From the NCBI RefSeq assembly GCF_041005995.1, contig NZ_CP163122.1: a DNA stretch of 32,000 bases; one strand, written 5' to 3'. This DNA is from Escherichia coli (lineage in GTDB: Bacteria > Pseudomonadota > Gammaproteobacteria > Enterobacterales > Enterobacteriaceae). The notes under the pieces were generated by a model. It did not search any database, was not told where the DNA came from, and saw nothing but the letters and a program-made list of their open reading frames with translations. The position numbers and the translations under genes are program-made. Below are positions 18,243 to 28,577 of the stretch, piece by piece; position 1 is the stretch's first letter; each line of letters opens with the position of its first letter.

Positions 18243-18637
18243 TGCCAGAAAATCTAGTTGTATACCGGTGCGAAAATATCTCGCGTTTCATCTGCCACTG
18301 CTGCTGAATGCCCTGCCCAGCGAAACAGAGTGTTTCCTTCCCGTCTTTTACGTTGAGGTGCTCCAGCACGCTCATTAACTTTTCGCTCCCAGGACCCAGC
18401 GCGTTATCGTCGAATAGGTTAGGGCATGCTCTGACTGAAGAAGTCCCCCAGCATTACCCCGGCTTTCTGATATCGGTGTCCGTCTTTCCATATTGCATCC
18501 AGACTCCCCGTTGCTACTGCAATGATATCCCGACTGTCCTGTGTCGGGATGAGCAGCTTCACCGACGCGCTGTTACAGTAGTACGACTCGTTCAACGCAA
18601 AGGGTATCGTGTAAAACCGATGATGACACTGCCGGCA
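18243..18637 (-). pseudogene. umuC-like (DNA polymerase V subunit) C-terminal remnant with frameshift
   Basis: Manual translation: FALNESYYCNSASVKLLIPTQDSRDIIAVATGSLDAIWKDGHRYQKAGVMLGDFFSQ(stop) then, in another frame, NLFDDNALGPGSEKLMSVLEHLNVKDGKETLCFAGQGIQQQWQMKREIFSHRYTT. Confidence 0.9.
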
Positions 18638-19121
18638 ATCAGCACTGACGTCAGCAAACGTGAGAAAGAACAGATAAGCCGAACGATTTAGGAAATGTTT
18701 GAAGAGACTGATATGTGGAGGGTTTCAGTTTAAACGCCTTGAACCGTCATATTACCTAAGTACAATCCGCTGTGACTGGCAATCATTCAATACTTGCACT
18801 ATCAAAAGTGCATCAGCCAACCGCAGCACGTCTTGCATACGACCTGTCTGCGGTTTCAATCACCTCTCACCACCAGTCCCATCAATAATAATTAAACAGC
18901 GCCTAAACAAAATAAATAACAACAAGTCAACAACCTCGACAGGATGCCGATGGGATGATGAAGAGATAAGAAAGAATAACTAGTAAAGCCCTAAAACGTC
19001 AGCGTTCAGACGCGTTTTTTACTTAACCGGTAACAAATACGTTGTATCATAGCAACATAAAATGATTGTTCTAAATCAGATTAACTCCTCACTTTTGTAC
19101 AATGTCGCTTACAGGTATACC

Positions 19122-21011
19122 ATGAAATCCGAGACGCTAACTGTCCAACAACTTTTTCAAGACCGCCGACAATACTGTGTTCCATTCTATCAACGTGCCT
19201 ATGTATGGACTCAGCGAAACCAATGGTCAGCTCTACTGGAGGATATCCTAGAGAAAGCACAATCCCGGCTCTCGGGTACAAAACCAACTCCCCATTTCCT
19301 TGGTGCAGTTGTACTGGAACCTCAACCAAAAAAAGGATTATTCGGTGTAGATTCCATACATATTATTGATGGTCAGCAACGATTGACCACTCTTCAATAT
19401 GTTCTGGCATCCATCCGATTAGCATTACGTGCAACAGATCTTTCCAACTTAGAGCCTCTCATTTCGTCTTGCCTGAAAAACTCAAACGAAGACACAATGC
19501 GAAATAAAGAAGTAGAGCGCTTCAAACTGTGGCCAACTTTTCGGGATCAAACTCATTTTATTCAAAGTTTTAATGTTGAAAATATTGACGATATCCGGAA
19601 TGTATTCTCTGATAGTTTCACGCAGCATGGTACGTTGCGTAAGCATTTTAATCACCCGCCATCACTAGAAGCATTATGTTTTTTTACTGAAGCCTTTATA
19701 AAGTGGATTAAAATAGAAAATCACTCACCACGAGAAAATGCTGTAGCATTAATTGAGGCTGTCTTGACGGATCTGAAACTAGTAAGCATATTTCTCGAGG
19801 ATGAAGATGACGCTCAAATAATTTTTGAAACATTAAATGGCAGAGGTGCGGAACTTCATGCCACAGATCTTATTCGCAATTATATTTTTATGTGCGCTGA
19901 ACATGAAAATATTAATGCTGTTGAATTATATGAGAATGAGTGGAAGATCTTTGAAGATACGTACTGGTCAGAAAGACAACGTCGTGGTCGTATTAATAAA
20001 CCACGCATGGAGTGGCTAGTGCATGCAACATTGCAATCAGAAAGGCAACGTGAAATCGATCTGTCTCGTCTTTACAATGAGTATCGTGATTATGTAAGTA
20101 AGGACTTGCCTTCACAACGAGCAGATCTGCAAGTAAAGCGCCTCAAACAATATGCATCACAATATAAAGAATTGGTTGGTGGTTTTGGCACAACCCCCAT
20201 CTCACACTTTGGACATCGCATCGCAGCCTATGATGTGACGACACTTTATCCGCTTGCTTTGTTCATTTCGATAGCTAACATCGCCGATGATGAGAAAGCA
20301 GCCATGTATAATGATCTTGTCTCCTACGTAGTACGAAGAGCCGTATGTGGCCTGACGCCAAAGAATTACAACAATGTATTTATGAATGTATTGCGGCACT
20401 TGTCTAAAACAGAAATTTCCAGTGTTGAGTTACGTAATATCCTCAATAGCTTAAATGGCGAAGCCTCACGTTGGCCTGGGGACTCAGAATTTCTCAACGC
20501 TTGCATCAATGCTCCACTTTATCCTGGCAGGCTCGACGCACCGAAAATGCGCTCAATGTTAACGGAACTTGAAAGAGAACTTTGTCGCCAAGTGAAGACA
20601 GAGAAGCCTGATGTTCCAAATCTTTCTAACCTCGATATCGATCATCTTATGCCTCAAAGTTGGTATTCCTGTTGGCCTCTCGAAAATGGTCATATGGTGA
20701 CAAATTCAGATGCTACGGTATTGAACCAAATTGTTCTGTCTGGAACCGATCTTACCCCAGAACAGCTACTGGTAAGGAAACGGCAACAAGCGATAGCTAC
20801 GTTGGGAAATCTAACTTTGCTTAACCTTAGCGTAAACCGTTCTGTTCAGAATGCTGTATTTCTGAAAAAACGTGATGCTCTCATCGTCCACACCAATCTA
20901 CGACTGAACATTCCACTTATAGTTAAGGATAAATGGGATGAGGATGAAATCCTGGAGCGGGGTAAAAAGTTGGGGGAAATTGCATTGAAAGTATGGCCAA
21001 AACACGATTAA
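19122..21011 (+). CDS. DUF262/DUF1524 (GmrSD-like) putative restriction endonuclease
   Basis: VPFYQRAYVW, IHIIDGQQRLTTL, IIFETLNGRGAEL (DUF262/ParB-like) and LDIDHLMPQSW...LGNLTLLN (HNH, DUF1524). The track ORF begins at 19062; the internal Met is preferred. Confidence 0.85.
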   Translation: MKSETLTVQQLFQDRRQYCVPFYQRAYVWTQRNQWSALLEDILEKAQSRLSGTKPTPHFLGAVVLEPQPKKGLFGVDSIHIIDGQQRLTTLQYVLASIRLALRATDLSNLEPLISSCLKNSNEDTMRNKEVERFKLWPTFRDQTHFIQSFNVENIDDIRNVFSDSFTQHGTLRKHFNHPPSLEALCFFTEAFIKWIKIENHSPRENAVALIEAVLTDLKLVSIFLEDEDDAQIIFETLNGRGAELHATDLIRNYIFMCAEHENINAVELYENEWKIFEDTYWSERQRRGRINKPRMEWLVHATLQSERQREIDLSRLYNEYRDYVSKDLPSQRADLQVKRLKQYASQYKELVGGFGTTPISHFGHRIAAYDVTTLYPLALFISIANIADDEKAAMYNDLVSYVVRRAVCGLTPKNYNNVFMNVLRHLSKTEISSVELRNILNSLNGEASRWPGDSEFLNACINAPLYPGRLDAPKMRSMLTELERELCRQVKTEKPDVPNLSNLDIDHLMPQSWYSCWPLENGHMVTNSDATVLNQIVLSGTDLTPEQLLVRKRQQAIATLGNLTLLNLSVNRSVQNAVFLKKRDALIVHTNLRLNIPLIVKDKWDEDEILERGKKLGEIALKVWPKHD

Positions 21012-21032
21012 TGCAATTAATAAAATGATTAT

Positions 21033-21058
21033 AGCGGCCTTACATTAGTAAGGCCGCT
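21033..21058. terminator. Strong hairpin after the GmrSD-like gene
   Basis: AGCGGCCTTAC-ATTA-GTAAGGCCGCT, an 11-bp perfect stem. Confidence 0.55.
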
Positions 21059-21106
21059 ACTCACTATTAAATCCTTTAATTTGCAACAAGAACAGCAGTG
21101 TCAGCC

Positions 21107-21235
21107 CTAGGTTTCGGACTTTGTACCGCTTATCTTGTCTTCAAAAATCAGCTCGCATCCTGCACAGCTCAACGCATTACGTTGTAGATCGGTGTTCTGG
21201 TCATTTGTTGATACGCGTACATAGCCAATAAGCAT
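21107..21235 (-). pseudogene. Truncated Gin/Pin-type serine DNA invertase
   Basis: Manual translation MLIGYVRVSTNDQNTDLQRNALSCAGCELIFEDKISGTKSET*, i.e. the invertase N-terminus with the catalytic serine, ending prematurely. Confidence 0.9.
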
Positions 21236-21289
21236 GGTAGCGCCCCCTGACAAAAGCAGGAATGATGCCATTTGCTTGTTATTTCTTCA

Positions 21290-21771
21290 TTTTCATAAAC
21301 GTTGGTTTGGGAGAAACGATAAATAAAGCCTCCGGAGCTATGCAGAAATCGGCTAATGGAGCTGATATTTCTGATGTATCAGCCTTCCGAAATGCGCTCC
21401 AGTTAGGGACCGCCGCAACACGAGATGTTGGAGCAGATAATCCCTCGAAGTTACTGGATTTAGACAGCTTCAGGTCAATGATGTCAGGGAATGGCTACAT
21501 CTACATTCCATGCATTGCGACGACAGGAAACCCGGTGAAACTTATGTTGCAGTGGGGAACGGTGGCAACACAAAAGGGAGCTGATGCTGGATATGCCTTA
21601 CCATTTGCTTTTCCCTATGCAGGCTTATTTGCGACCGGAAACCGTGGAACATCTGGCTACAATGCCGCGATGAATGTGCGTATTGCCAGCAGAACGCATA
21701 TCAGTATTCAGAACTGGTCGCCATCCGGAGAGGGCACCGAAGATTGTTGTTTTATCGCGCTGGGGTATTAA
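21290..21771 (+). pseudogene. Silent alternative tail-fiber C-terminal segment (no constant N-terminus)
   Basis: The frame reads FINVGLGETINKASGAMQKSANGADISDVSAFRNALQLG... through the crossover site; a tail-fiber-like C-terminus without a fiber N-terminus. Confidence 0.75.
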
Positions 21772-21773
21772 GA

Positions 21774-22190
21774 ATGAATAAATTTTATAAAGGCTCTTTC
21801 TATCCGGAAGCACTAAAAGATGTATATATCAGCGCCGGTTCATGGCCTGAAAATGGCGTTGATGTTGATGATGAAACAATGGCAATTTACACAGGCGTAG
21901 CGCCACAAGGCAAAACGCTAGGGGCTGATAAAAATGGTAATCCTGCGTGGATTGATATCCCGCCACTCTCCGCTGAACAACAGATTATTCAGGCTGAACA
22001 GAAAAGAACGGTATTGCGTTCTATGGCTGATAAGGAAATAGTCTGGAGACAGGATGCTTTTGATGCGGAAATCGCGACGGCAGAAGAAACCGCCGCGTTA
22101 TCTGAATGGAAAAAATACCGGGTCTTGCTGATGCGCGTTGATACATCAAATCCCGTCTGGCCTACGCCTCCGGGGGAGCAGGCCAATTGA
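21774..22190 (+). CDS. Tail fiber assembly protein (alternative set)
   Basis: MNKFYKGSFYPEALKDVYISAGSWPENGVDVDDET...; C-terminal W-rich region is typical of tail fiber assembly proteins. Confidence 0.8.
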   Translation: MNKFYKGSFYPEALKDVYISAGSWPENGVDVDDETMAIYTGVAPQGKTLGADKNGNPAWIDIPPLSAEQQIIQAEQKRTVLRSMADKEIVWRQDAFDAEIATAEETAALSEWKKYRVLLMRVDTSNPVWPTPPGEQAN

Positions 22191-22764
22191 TATCCGGCGC
22201 GGTGCTGGTATCAGTTGCCGTCACCGCGTCAATGTAATCCAGCACAGCGTTAAGTCGGGTGTTTTCTGTCTGCGTCAGCTTCCGCCCGGTCTGCAATTTC
22301 AGTTGAATCAGACTAATGGAAGCCATTGCAGTATCAATCAGTGACTGACGCTGTGCTTCTGCCGCGCCTACTGCGGCACTATGCTGTGCCTCAGTATCTG
22401 TCACCCATTTCTCACCATCCCATTTATCGTATGGCGTTAACGGTGCGAGAGTGGTTGTATTATCAGGGTAATCACCCGGTGCTGTGATTTCTTTTGATTC
22501 TCCTGTTTCGGTGCTAAAGACAATTTCACCGCAATGGTCCGGCACATATTCCCATGAATTTAAATCCACAGAGCGGCAAATTGAATAACCATCCTTATGT
22601 GTACCAGGAGCCTCTAAACAGGAACATGCCGGAATACCAACACCCACAGCAAGATATTCAGTTGATTCGGAAATATATTCCCGCGTCTCACCATCATAGT
22701 TATAAACGATGACGTTTCCCGCCTGTACGGCAATAAGGTCATTATTTAATATCGCGTTATTCAT
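22162..22764 (-). CDS. Tail fiber assembly protein
   Basis: 200 aa, ...TTLAPLTPYDKWDGEKWVTDTEAQHSAAVGAAEAQRQSLIDTAMASISLIQLKLQTGRKLT. Confidence 0.9.
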   Translation of the reverse strand: MNNAILNNDLIAVQAGNVIVYNYDGETREYISESTEYLAVGVGIPACSCLEAPGTHKDGYSICRSVDLNSWEYVPDHCGEIVFSTETGESKEITAPGDYPDNTTTLAPLTPYDKWDGEKWVTDTEAQHSAAVGAAEAQRQSLIDTAMASISLIQLKLQTGRKLTQTENTRLNAVLDYIDAVTATDTSTAPDINWPAPPEA

Positions 22765-23516
22765 TATGCAGCTCTCACAATATAATTGAAGGCGATGTTA
22801 CGTGGGCGGGTTTCATTTCCCCCTGAAAACTCTGTTCTGTATTTACTGGTAAACCTCCCGTTAATCGCACCTTCCTGCACGGCGTTATCTGTCGACAACA
22901 GACTGTCGCCCTGTCTGTCATTTGGTTCCAGTACTGTATTATTCCATGCGTCCCATGACCGGATATAGTGACAATGACTCCCTGTCAACCATTCCTGTGC
23001 GCTTAAGATGGCTCGACCTGTATCCACACCGCGCCCGTCATCCCAGCCACGAATAAATTCACCGCGTAAATCAGGTAATTTTCCGCTCGGGTAAGCCTTT
23101 GCCAGTTCCGGGTATTCTTCAGCAGAAAAAGCCGCACCGTTGCATTTCAGCCAGCCTGTCGGTGGTGTTACAGAAGGCCAGGGAACAGGGACACCAACGG
23201 GTAATGCTGAGCCTTCTCCCAAACCAAGGTTTTGAAGAGCCGTTTTCACCGTGCCGTCCGATTTGATATCGCCAAACGGATTTTTGCGACTTAACAGCAG
23301 CGCACGAAGCGCGGTAAGCAGCTGGTCATGCCGCCCCTTCTCCAGGCTGGCACCGGATGCCTCCACCACGCTGCAGAGCTCTTCCTGCAACATGTCAAAG
23401 TAGTCATCATCCAGATCGGTGGCAGGCGTGCCTGTCTGGGGGTTACCACGGGTAAAACCGTTCTTACCCGCGCCGAACTTATCCTTTTGCGCGGTTTTCG
23501 TGTCTATACGATGCAT
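22764..23516 (-). CDS. Phage tail fiber protein with collar domain (active orientation)
   Basis: 250 aa, [52 protein letters not shown]...[50 protein letters not shown]. Confidence 0.95.
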   Translation of the reverse strand: MHRIDTKTAQKDKFGAGKNGFTRGNPQTGTPATDLDDDYFDMLQEELCSVVEASGASLEKGRHDQLLTALRALLLSRKNPFGDIKSDGTVKTALQNLGLGEGSALPVGVPVPWPSVTPPTGWLKCNGAAFSAEEYPELAKAYPSGKLPDLRGEFIRGWDDGRGVDTGRAILSAQEWLTGSHCHYIRSWDAWNNTVLEPNDRQGDSLLSTDNAVQEGAINGRFTSKYRTEFSGGNETRPRNIAFNYIVRAA

Positions 23517-23519
23517 GGA

Positions 23520-24104
23520 TTACTCCGGATATTTAAAAATTACGTAGGTATGCGACGGGCAGAGTTTGTTAAGCACGCACTCGATAACGGTGTCCCCCCA
23601 GATACGCAGTGCGGAATCGCAGGGATCGCCACATGTCATCCAGGTGGTGTTGGTGGCAGCTGGCATATTGACCTGCCAGTAATACCGCCATTCCGGCGCA
23701 TTCACCGCGTCAGTACAGGCCGATGAGCAGGTGAACGTGCTTTTGTCGTATCGCGTGATGGTGGCATCTGGTCTGCCCAGGGCAGCAAGCTGCGCAAGGT
23801 AAAAATCCTCATTGATGCCGCCCGCCAGGTTAACCTTCGCATCCAGCCGTTGCTGACGCTGGCGAAGGGTCTGCGTTCCCGCTGGAATACATTCATCCGG
23901 CAGACCGCACAGACGCTCCCAGCGGTTTATCAGTTCAGTGGTGGTGCGCGGATCCAGCTCCCGCATCAGGGCATCCGCACGCTGATGAACGCGGGTTAAT
24001 GACTGTGCCGCACCGGCAATCGCCGGATCTCTGGCTGACCACGCCGGACCGGGTGGCAACAGTGCCGACAACAGACGGATGTAATCATCGTTTGTCACGT
24101 CCAT
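23520..24104 (-). CDS. DUF2313/YmfQ family tail protein (Mu gp48-like)
   Basis: 194 aa, [20 protein letters not shown]...[16 protein letters not shown]. Confidence 0.9.
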   Translation of the reverse strand: MDVTNDDYIRLLSALLPPGPAWSARDPAIAGAAQSLTRVHQRADALMRELDPRTTTELINRWERLCGLPDECIPAGTQTLRQRQQRLDAKVNLAGGINEDFYLAQLAALGRPDATITRYDKSTFTCSSACTDAVNAPEWRYYWQVNMPAATNTTWMTCGDPCDSALRIWGDTVIECVLNKLCPSHTYVIFKYPE

Positions 24105-25153
24105 GAAATCGTTCCCAGAACCGCCAGTTCATTTTTCGCAATGGAGATATTGTCTGCCGGTGCAAGCAACTGATGGCTGTATTCCCCGTTCGCACCGGAA
24201 ATCGCCTCACTGATACGCGATACCTTCAGTTCTCCCTGCGGATAACCATCACGCAGAAGAAACGAACGCAACTCCGCGGTGATGGCGGCTCGTATTTCTG
24301 GTGTGTCCGGCGTCACGCGGATATGAAAATCCACTTTGTGCGCCACCGGCCTGAATACATACAAATCAGAGCCTGCCACCGGGGCCAGTGGCACGATATG
24401 TTGTCTTGCTGCCGTTTCCGTTGATTCTTCCGGAATGGGATTAATCAGGTCACTGCTGGCAATCATCACACCGACAGTTCCCGTTCCCATCCAGTGACGG
24501 TATGTCCATGCGCGGGTAATGCCGGGCACTTCTTTAGCCCAGACGACATAGTCCCCGTCAGCCCCGCCCTGAGGCGTCCAGTAATACCGCTCAATGACGC
24601 GGGCGCGCCACGTTTCCAGCTCTTCAGTATCAAATCCGCCTGTAAGGGTGTCAGCCACACCGGAAGACGGCAGACCATTCACCGGCGTGACCAGGATTAA
24701 TGCCGTACCGTCGTCAGCGTTACCGACCGCACCTGCACTTGAGCAGGCGATCGGCACGCGCAGGACACCACCGGAGCTGGTTGCATCGGCAGTTGCCGTG
24801 TACTGAACCAGGTCATCGCGCTGAATAACACTCCCGGCGGTCACCTTCAGGCCATCGCTGACACCTTCCCAGCGCATATACCCGCTGGCAGCCGTGGCCC
24901 CCTTGCGCGGACACCGTTTCATCGCAGCATGTCGCGCCAGCCAGGACTCATCGCACAGGTCAGGCAGCATGTTCATTGCCAGATAATCGATGTAACCGTA
25001 AACCGTATGCAGCGCCGCCGCATACACCTTTGCCCGCACGTCTTCATCCATGCGCCGGAGCGTGTCGCTGACGTCCAGCCTGGCGAATAAATCGTTTCGG
25101 AGCATACTGATATTTTCTGCCAGCGTCGGGCGCTGAAATTCACTGTCCGCCAT
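24095..25153 (-). CDS. Baseplate J/gp47 family protein
   Basis: 352 aa, [19 protein letters not shown]...[38 protein letters not shown]. Confidence 0.95.
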   Translation of the reverse strand: MADSEFQRPTLAENISMLRNDLFARLDVSDTLRRMDEDVRAKVYAAALHTVYGYIDYLAMNMLPDLCDESWLARHAAMKRCPRKGATAASGYMRWEGVSDGLKVTAGSVIQRDDLVQYTATADATSSGGVLRVPIACSSAGAVGNADDGTALILVTPVNGLPSSGVADTLTGGFDTEELETWRARVIERYYWTPQGGADGDYVVWAKEVPGITRAWTYRHWMGTGTVGVMIASSDLINPIPEESTETAARQHIVPLAPVAGSDLYVFRPVAHKVDFHIRVTPDTPEIRAAITAELRSFLLRDGYPQGELKVSRISEAISGANGEYSHQLLAPADNISIAKNELAVLGTISWT

Positions 25154-25568
25154 GCGTTATCGCACTCCACAGATCATCAAAAGAAATCATTACCGGTCCG
25201 TCACGACGCCAGAGAGTGATACTGTTACCCAGTTCATTAATCCCGGTGCGGCGGATATCCAGATCAATACGGGACACCACGCCGTCATCAATCATCCATT
25301 GCAGGCATTCGCGGATATACCCCCTTACCGTCTGCACCATCTGATTGGTCAGTTTGCTGCGCTGAAGCAGCCACAGTCGGGAGCCGTAACGGTCATTCTG
25401 TACCGCAGGCCAGGTATCCCCCCACCATCCCATCGGGACGTCGGCGTTGTCATCAGGCTCCGCCCGCCGCCAGGTAAACAGGGAAATCACCACGGCGCGG
25501 GTCAGCGGATCCAGTTCTGCGCTGGCGCAGGTGCGTTTACCGTTCACCGTCAGCCACAGTTCCATCAT
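25140..25568 (-). CDS. Phage GP46 family protein
   Basis: 142 aa, GSRLWLLQRSKLTNQMVQTVRGYIRECLQWMIDDGV. Confidence 0.9.
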   Translation of the reverse strand: MMELWLTVNGKRTCASAELDPLTRAVVISLFTWRRAEPDDNADVPMGWWGDTWPAVQNDRYGSRLWLLQRSKLTNQMVQTVRGYIRECLQWMIDDGVVSRIDLDIRRTGINELGNSITLWRRDGPVMISFDDLWSAITHGGQ

Positions 25569-26113
25569 GCCTCCATCGCTTTATCAGGTTTGTCGGTGTT
25601 ACTGCCCTGACCGTTCTCTCTGTGACGATGCCCGTTATAGGCAAGCCGCATCGCTGACATGGTGGTACCGCCGGAGTCGCACAGGTCTTTCACCTGTCCG
25701 GTCACTTCCAGGTCCATTTCAAAACGTGCTCTGGGCGCATTGCGAAACGTGATCGTTTTACCTGCACCGTCCACCACGATCCCCTCCCGGGTCAGCGTCA
25801 CAGACTGCCCCTGATCGTCATAGACAGCCACCTCACCCGTCTGCAGCCCTTTCAGGCGGTAGCGCCGGTCCGACACCGTAACAACCACCGCATGAGAACG
25901 GTCGCCATCCGGAAACAACACCACCGCTTCCGCACCGCTGTTTGCCCTTGCGGTAAAACCGTAGGGTTCAAGATGTTCAACCCCGGCTTTGGGTTCACCG
26001 GCAATCAGGGACACATCCACGGTCTGACATTTCGTGGCGGCACTGATGCTTTTCACCACTGCCCGCCCAATCAGGCCGAGAAGTTGTCGCTGCATGGCTT
26101 CAATCGTCCTCAT
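25565..26113 (-). CDS. Baseplate assembly protein V / Mu gp45-like
   Basis: 182 aa, GVEHLEPYGFTARANSGAEAVVLFPDGDRSHAVVVTVSDRRYRLKGLQTGEVAVYDDQGQSV. Confidence 0.9.
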   Translation of the reverse strand: MRTIEAMQRQLLGLIGRAVVKSISAATKCQTVDVSLIAGEPKAGVEHLEPYGFTARANSGAEAVVLFPDGDRSHAVVVTVSDRRYRLKGLQTGEVAVYDDQGQSVTLTREGIVVDGAGKTITFRNAPRARFEMDLEVTGQVKDLCDSGGTTMSAMRLAYNGHRHRENGQGSNTDKPDKAMEA

Positions 26114-27192
26114 CAGAACGGGTCCTCCTGTACTCTGGCTTTTTTCTTTTTCCGCGCACCGGGATCTTCGGGTTCAGGCAGATAAGCATCAGGTGGGCCG
26201 ACACGGATTTCCGTCAGGGTGCCGTTCTGGTCCTGAGTAAACGTGACTTCCGAAACAAGCAGTTCGGTATTGTCGAAACCACAGACCGGATCAAAGACAA
26301 TCACCCGCTGGTTGGGCTGCCACAGCGTACCGTTACCCTGTCGCCAGCCCTGCACCACATAGGTGGTTTCATCCGTCCGCGCCGCCCGTTGTCGGGCTTC
26401 AAAGTCCGCACGGGCAATACAGCCTGCCCCCGTAGCCTGCCCTGTCTGCCTGATATACATCGGACGGTAACGGGCAATAAATGCGTCCTCTGTGCGGGCC
26501 CGCAGCGCGGTGGTGGTGGCCTCACCGAAATCATCGTCGTTTCCGGCACGCTGCCCCGCCACCTGGTAAACAGAAAATCGCTCCCGGATACTCTTCTCCG
26601 TATCGCAGGAAAGGATGTTTTCCCCAAGTACCAGCGCAGTATGTGCCCGCGTTGAGCCAATACCGCCAATCACCAGCCTGCCGTGCGGGTCGTCGTAAGC
26701 CAGTGCCTGCTGCTGACCGAGTATTTTGTTGATTACCTCAATCACCGTTTCACCGTGATCAGGCTGAACATCAGGAATAACACCCGACGGCGCACCGCTG
26801 TTCACCACCTCAATGCCGAAAGGCGCAGCAAGCGCCTGCGCAATCTGCACCAGCGAGCGTCCGTTAAACTGTGTCGGTTCGGCTGCACAGTCAATCAGGT
26901 CAGCCGTCAGACTACGTCCGGCAATACCGGTGCTGACCGAACGGGCATCGTAACGAACGGGAGTCGCCTCCACCCAGCCGGTGATCACCAGCTCATCACC
27001 AATCAGCACTTCCACTTTTGAACCGTTTTTAATGCGCGGCTGAAGCGTGGTGATACCCTCATCTCCCGGCCACTGGCGAGTGATCTCCACACTGAAATCC
27101 CGCGCCAGCCGTTCAATACCGGCACCGATGCGCACCGATGTCCAGCCATTCCACTCCCGGCCATTTACCCGTAGCGTGACATTGTCGTTCAT
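26113..27192 (-). CDS. Tail hub/baseplate protein (Mu gp44-like)
   Basis: 359 aa, VTLRVNGREWNGWTSVRIGAGIERLARDFSVEITRQWP. Confidence 0.9.
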   Translation of the reverse strand: MNDNVTLRVNGREWNGWTSVRIGAGIERLARDFSVEITRQWPGDEGITTLQPRIKNGSKVEVLIGDELVITGWVEATPVRYDARSVSTGIAGRSLTADLIDCAAEPTQFNGRSLVQIAQALAAPFGIEVVNSGAPSGVIPDVQPDHGETVIEVINKILGQQQALAYDDPHGRLVIGGIGSTRAHTALVLGENILSCDTEKSIRERFSVYQVAGQRAGNDDDFGEATTTALRARTEDAFIARYRPMYIRQTGQATGAGCIARADFEARQRAARTDETTYVVQGWRQGNGTLWQPNQRVIVFDPVCGFDNTELLVSEVTFTQDQNGTLTEIRVGPPDAYLPEPEDPGARKKKKARVQEDPF

Positions 27193-28517
27193 TGCACTGG
27201 CACCTTCAGAGGGATCACCGGCACAAAGCCGGGATGCGTAATGGCATTACGCCGGATAATGTCCGCGTCACGCGCCGCGTTATCAAACCAGGTCGCCGCC
27301 AGCACCAGCGCGGGTAAAACCTCATCCGGCGTGCGCTGAATGATCCGTGCAGACTGTTCAAGGCGCGTGTTGATATCCGCATTCAGATCTGCTTTCACCC
27401 GGCGCAGCGCCAGAAACAGCGCATCACTGGTTGTACGGGACAACTCCTTATCAATTGCCGTATTCAGTGTGTCGCGAATGTCAGTCAGTTCTTCCCACGT
27501 CGGCAGGTCAACTGTGTTTTTCACCGCCGGTGCATTGTTCAGTGCCGGATGCGTGACGGAAGGCCAGCCAGTGCTCTGCGCAGGTGTTGTTGCCTGCCCC
27601 ACTGCGGCATTCTGCATCACCGCGGAAGTTGTTGGCGCAAGCAATCGGGTGACGGCATACGCCGCTTCGCTGATTGCGGTCGTACGAAGGGTGCTGGCAA
27701 CCACGTTACGCTGCTGCGTAGCCGTGGCGGTGGTTTTACTGTCCGTTTTCCAGACGCCGCGCGGTTGCAGATCGCTGCCGAGGCTGACACCGGAAAGCGT
27801 TTTGATCATGGTGACCAGGTCGCTGGCGTTACCATAAAGGCGCTTCCCGGTACGCCACATTTTCTGCACCTGCTCAACGAAATTTTTGCCTGACGATGGC
27901 GGCGGCAGAAGTACCGAGATATCCCCCTGCAACAGCCTGGCGGCATCCGATACGGCAGAATCCACCACTTTCATCGCATCAGAAACATACCCAAGCATTG
28001 TGCTGGCATTACCGACGACGTCGTTCTGCACAAAATCTGCCACGCCATCGATACTGAAACTACTGAAACTGTCACTGATGCAGTCATCCAGTGCAGAACA
28101 GGATGACATCAGCGTCTGCGCCGTCGCCGCACCTGATGTGGGGTAAGAGAGTTCTCCCGCTTCGACAAACTTCAGGTCAAAGCGGACAATACGCCCTTCA
28201 CTCTTCGATGTGCTGACCCGAACCTCTCCGTCAACACAGACTTTCAGCTCACCGTAAGTCGGATGGACAAGCGTGCCGGGACCGGGTTTATTCAGCGCGT
28301 TAATCAGGCGATCGCGCTGGTCAAAGCAGTCATCTCCCACCACATAAGCCGTGATGGACGGGCGGAAAGTGATTTTCCCTAGGTCTTCGGTATAGGGTTT
28401 GTCGCGGTTCGGGTATTCGTGCGTTTCCACACGACGACCGGTTCCCGTACTTTCTTCTTCAACCTTAAACGGCACACCGCGAAATGACGCGTCCTGAAAT
28501 CTGTCTTTCCACGTCAT
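27189..28517 (-). CDS. DNA circularization N-terminal domain protein (Mu gp43-like)
   Basis: MTWKDRFQDASFRGVPFKVEEESTGTGRRVETHEYPNRDKPYTEDLG. The track start at 28559 is likely too far upstream. Confidence 0.9.
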   Translation of the reverse strand: MTWKDRFQDASFRGVPFKVEEESTGTGRRVETHEYPNRDKPYTEDLGKITFRPSITAYVVGDDCFDQRDRLINALNKPGPGTLVHPTYGELKVCVDGEVRVSTSKSEGRIVRFDLKFVEAGELSYPTSGAATAQTLMSSCSALDDCISDSFSSFSIDGVADFVQNDVVGNASTMLGYVSDAMKVVDSAVSDAARLLQGDISVLLPPPSSGKNFVEQVQKMWRTGKRLYGNASDLVTMIKTLSGVSLGSDLQPRGVWKTDSKTTATATQQRNVVASTLRTTAISEAAYAVTRLLAPTTSAVMQNAAVGQATTPAQSTGWPSVTHPALNNAPAVKNTVDLPTWEELTDIRDTLNTAIDKELSRTTSDALFLALRRVKADLNADINTRLEQSARIIQRTPDEVLPALVLAATWFDNAARDADIIRRNAITHPGFVPVIPLKVPVQ

Positions 28518-28577
28518 ATAAACTCCGTACATAAAAAATCCCACCGGAGTGGGACTCATTAACAGATTAATTTTTCA

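Larger units (their letters stand above)
21290..23239. other. Tail-fiber invertible segment (Mu G-like)
   Basis: Inverted crossover-like sites: 21290-21315 (reverse complement TTCTCCCAAACCAACGTTTATGAAAA) and 23214-23239 (TTCTCCCAAACCAAGGTTTTGAAGAG). The segment holds convergent tail fiber/assembly gene pairs next to the invertase remnant. Confidence 0.85.

Noticed and set aside
18308-18983. ORFs 18308-18691 (+) and 18699-18983 (+)
   Set aside because: The first is antisense to the umuC remnant; the second has random-looking composition and no start context. Both considered spurious.
24173-24424. Many ORFs opposite the tail genes (e.g. 24173-24424, 25152-25610, 27340-27837, 31453-31869)
   Set aside because: They are antisense to well-supported phage tail genes in GC-rich sequence, with Cys/Arg/Pro-rich shadow-ORF composition.
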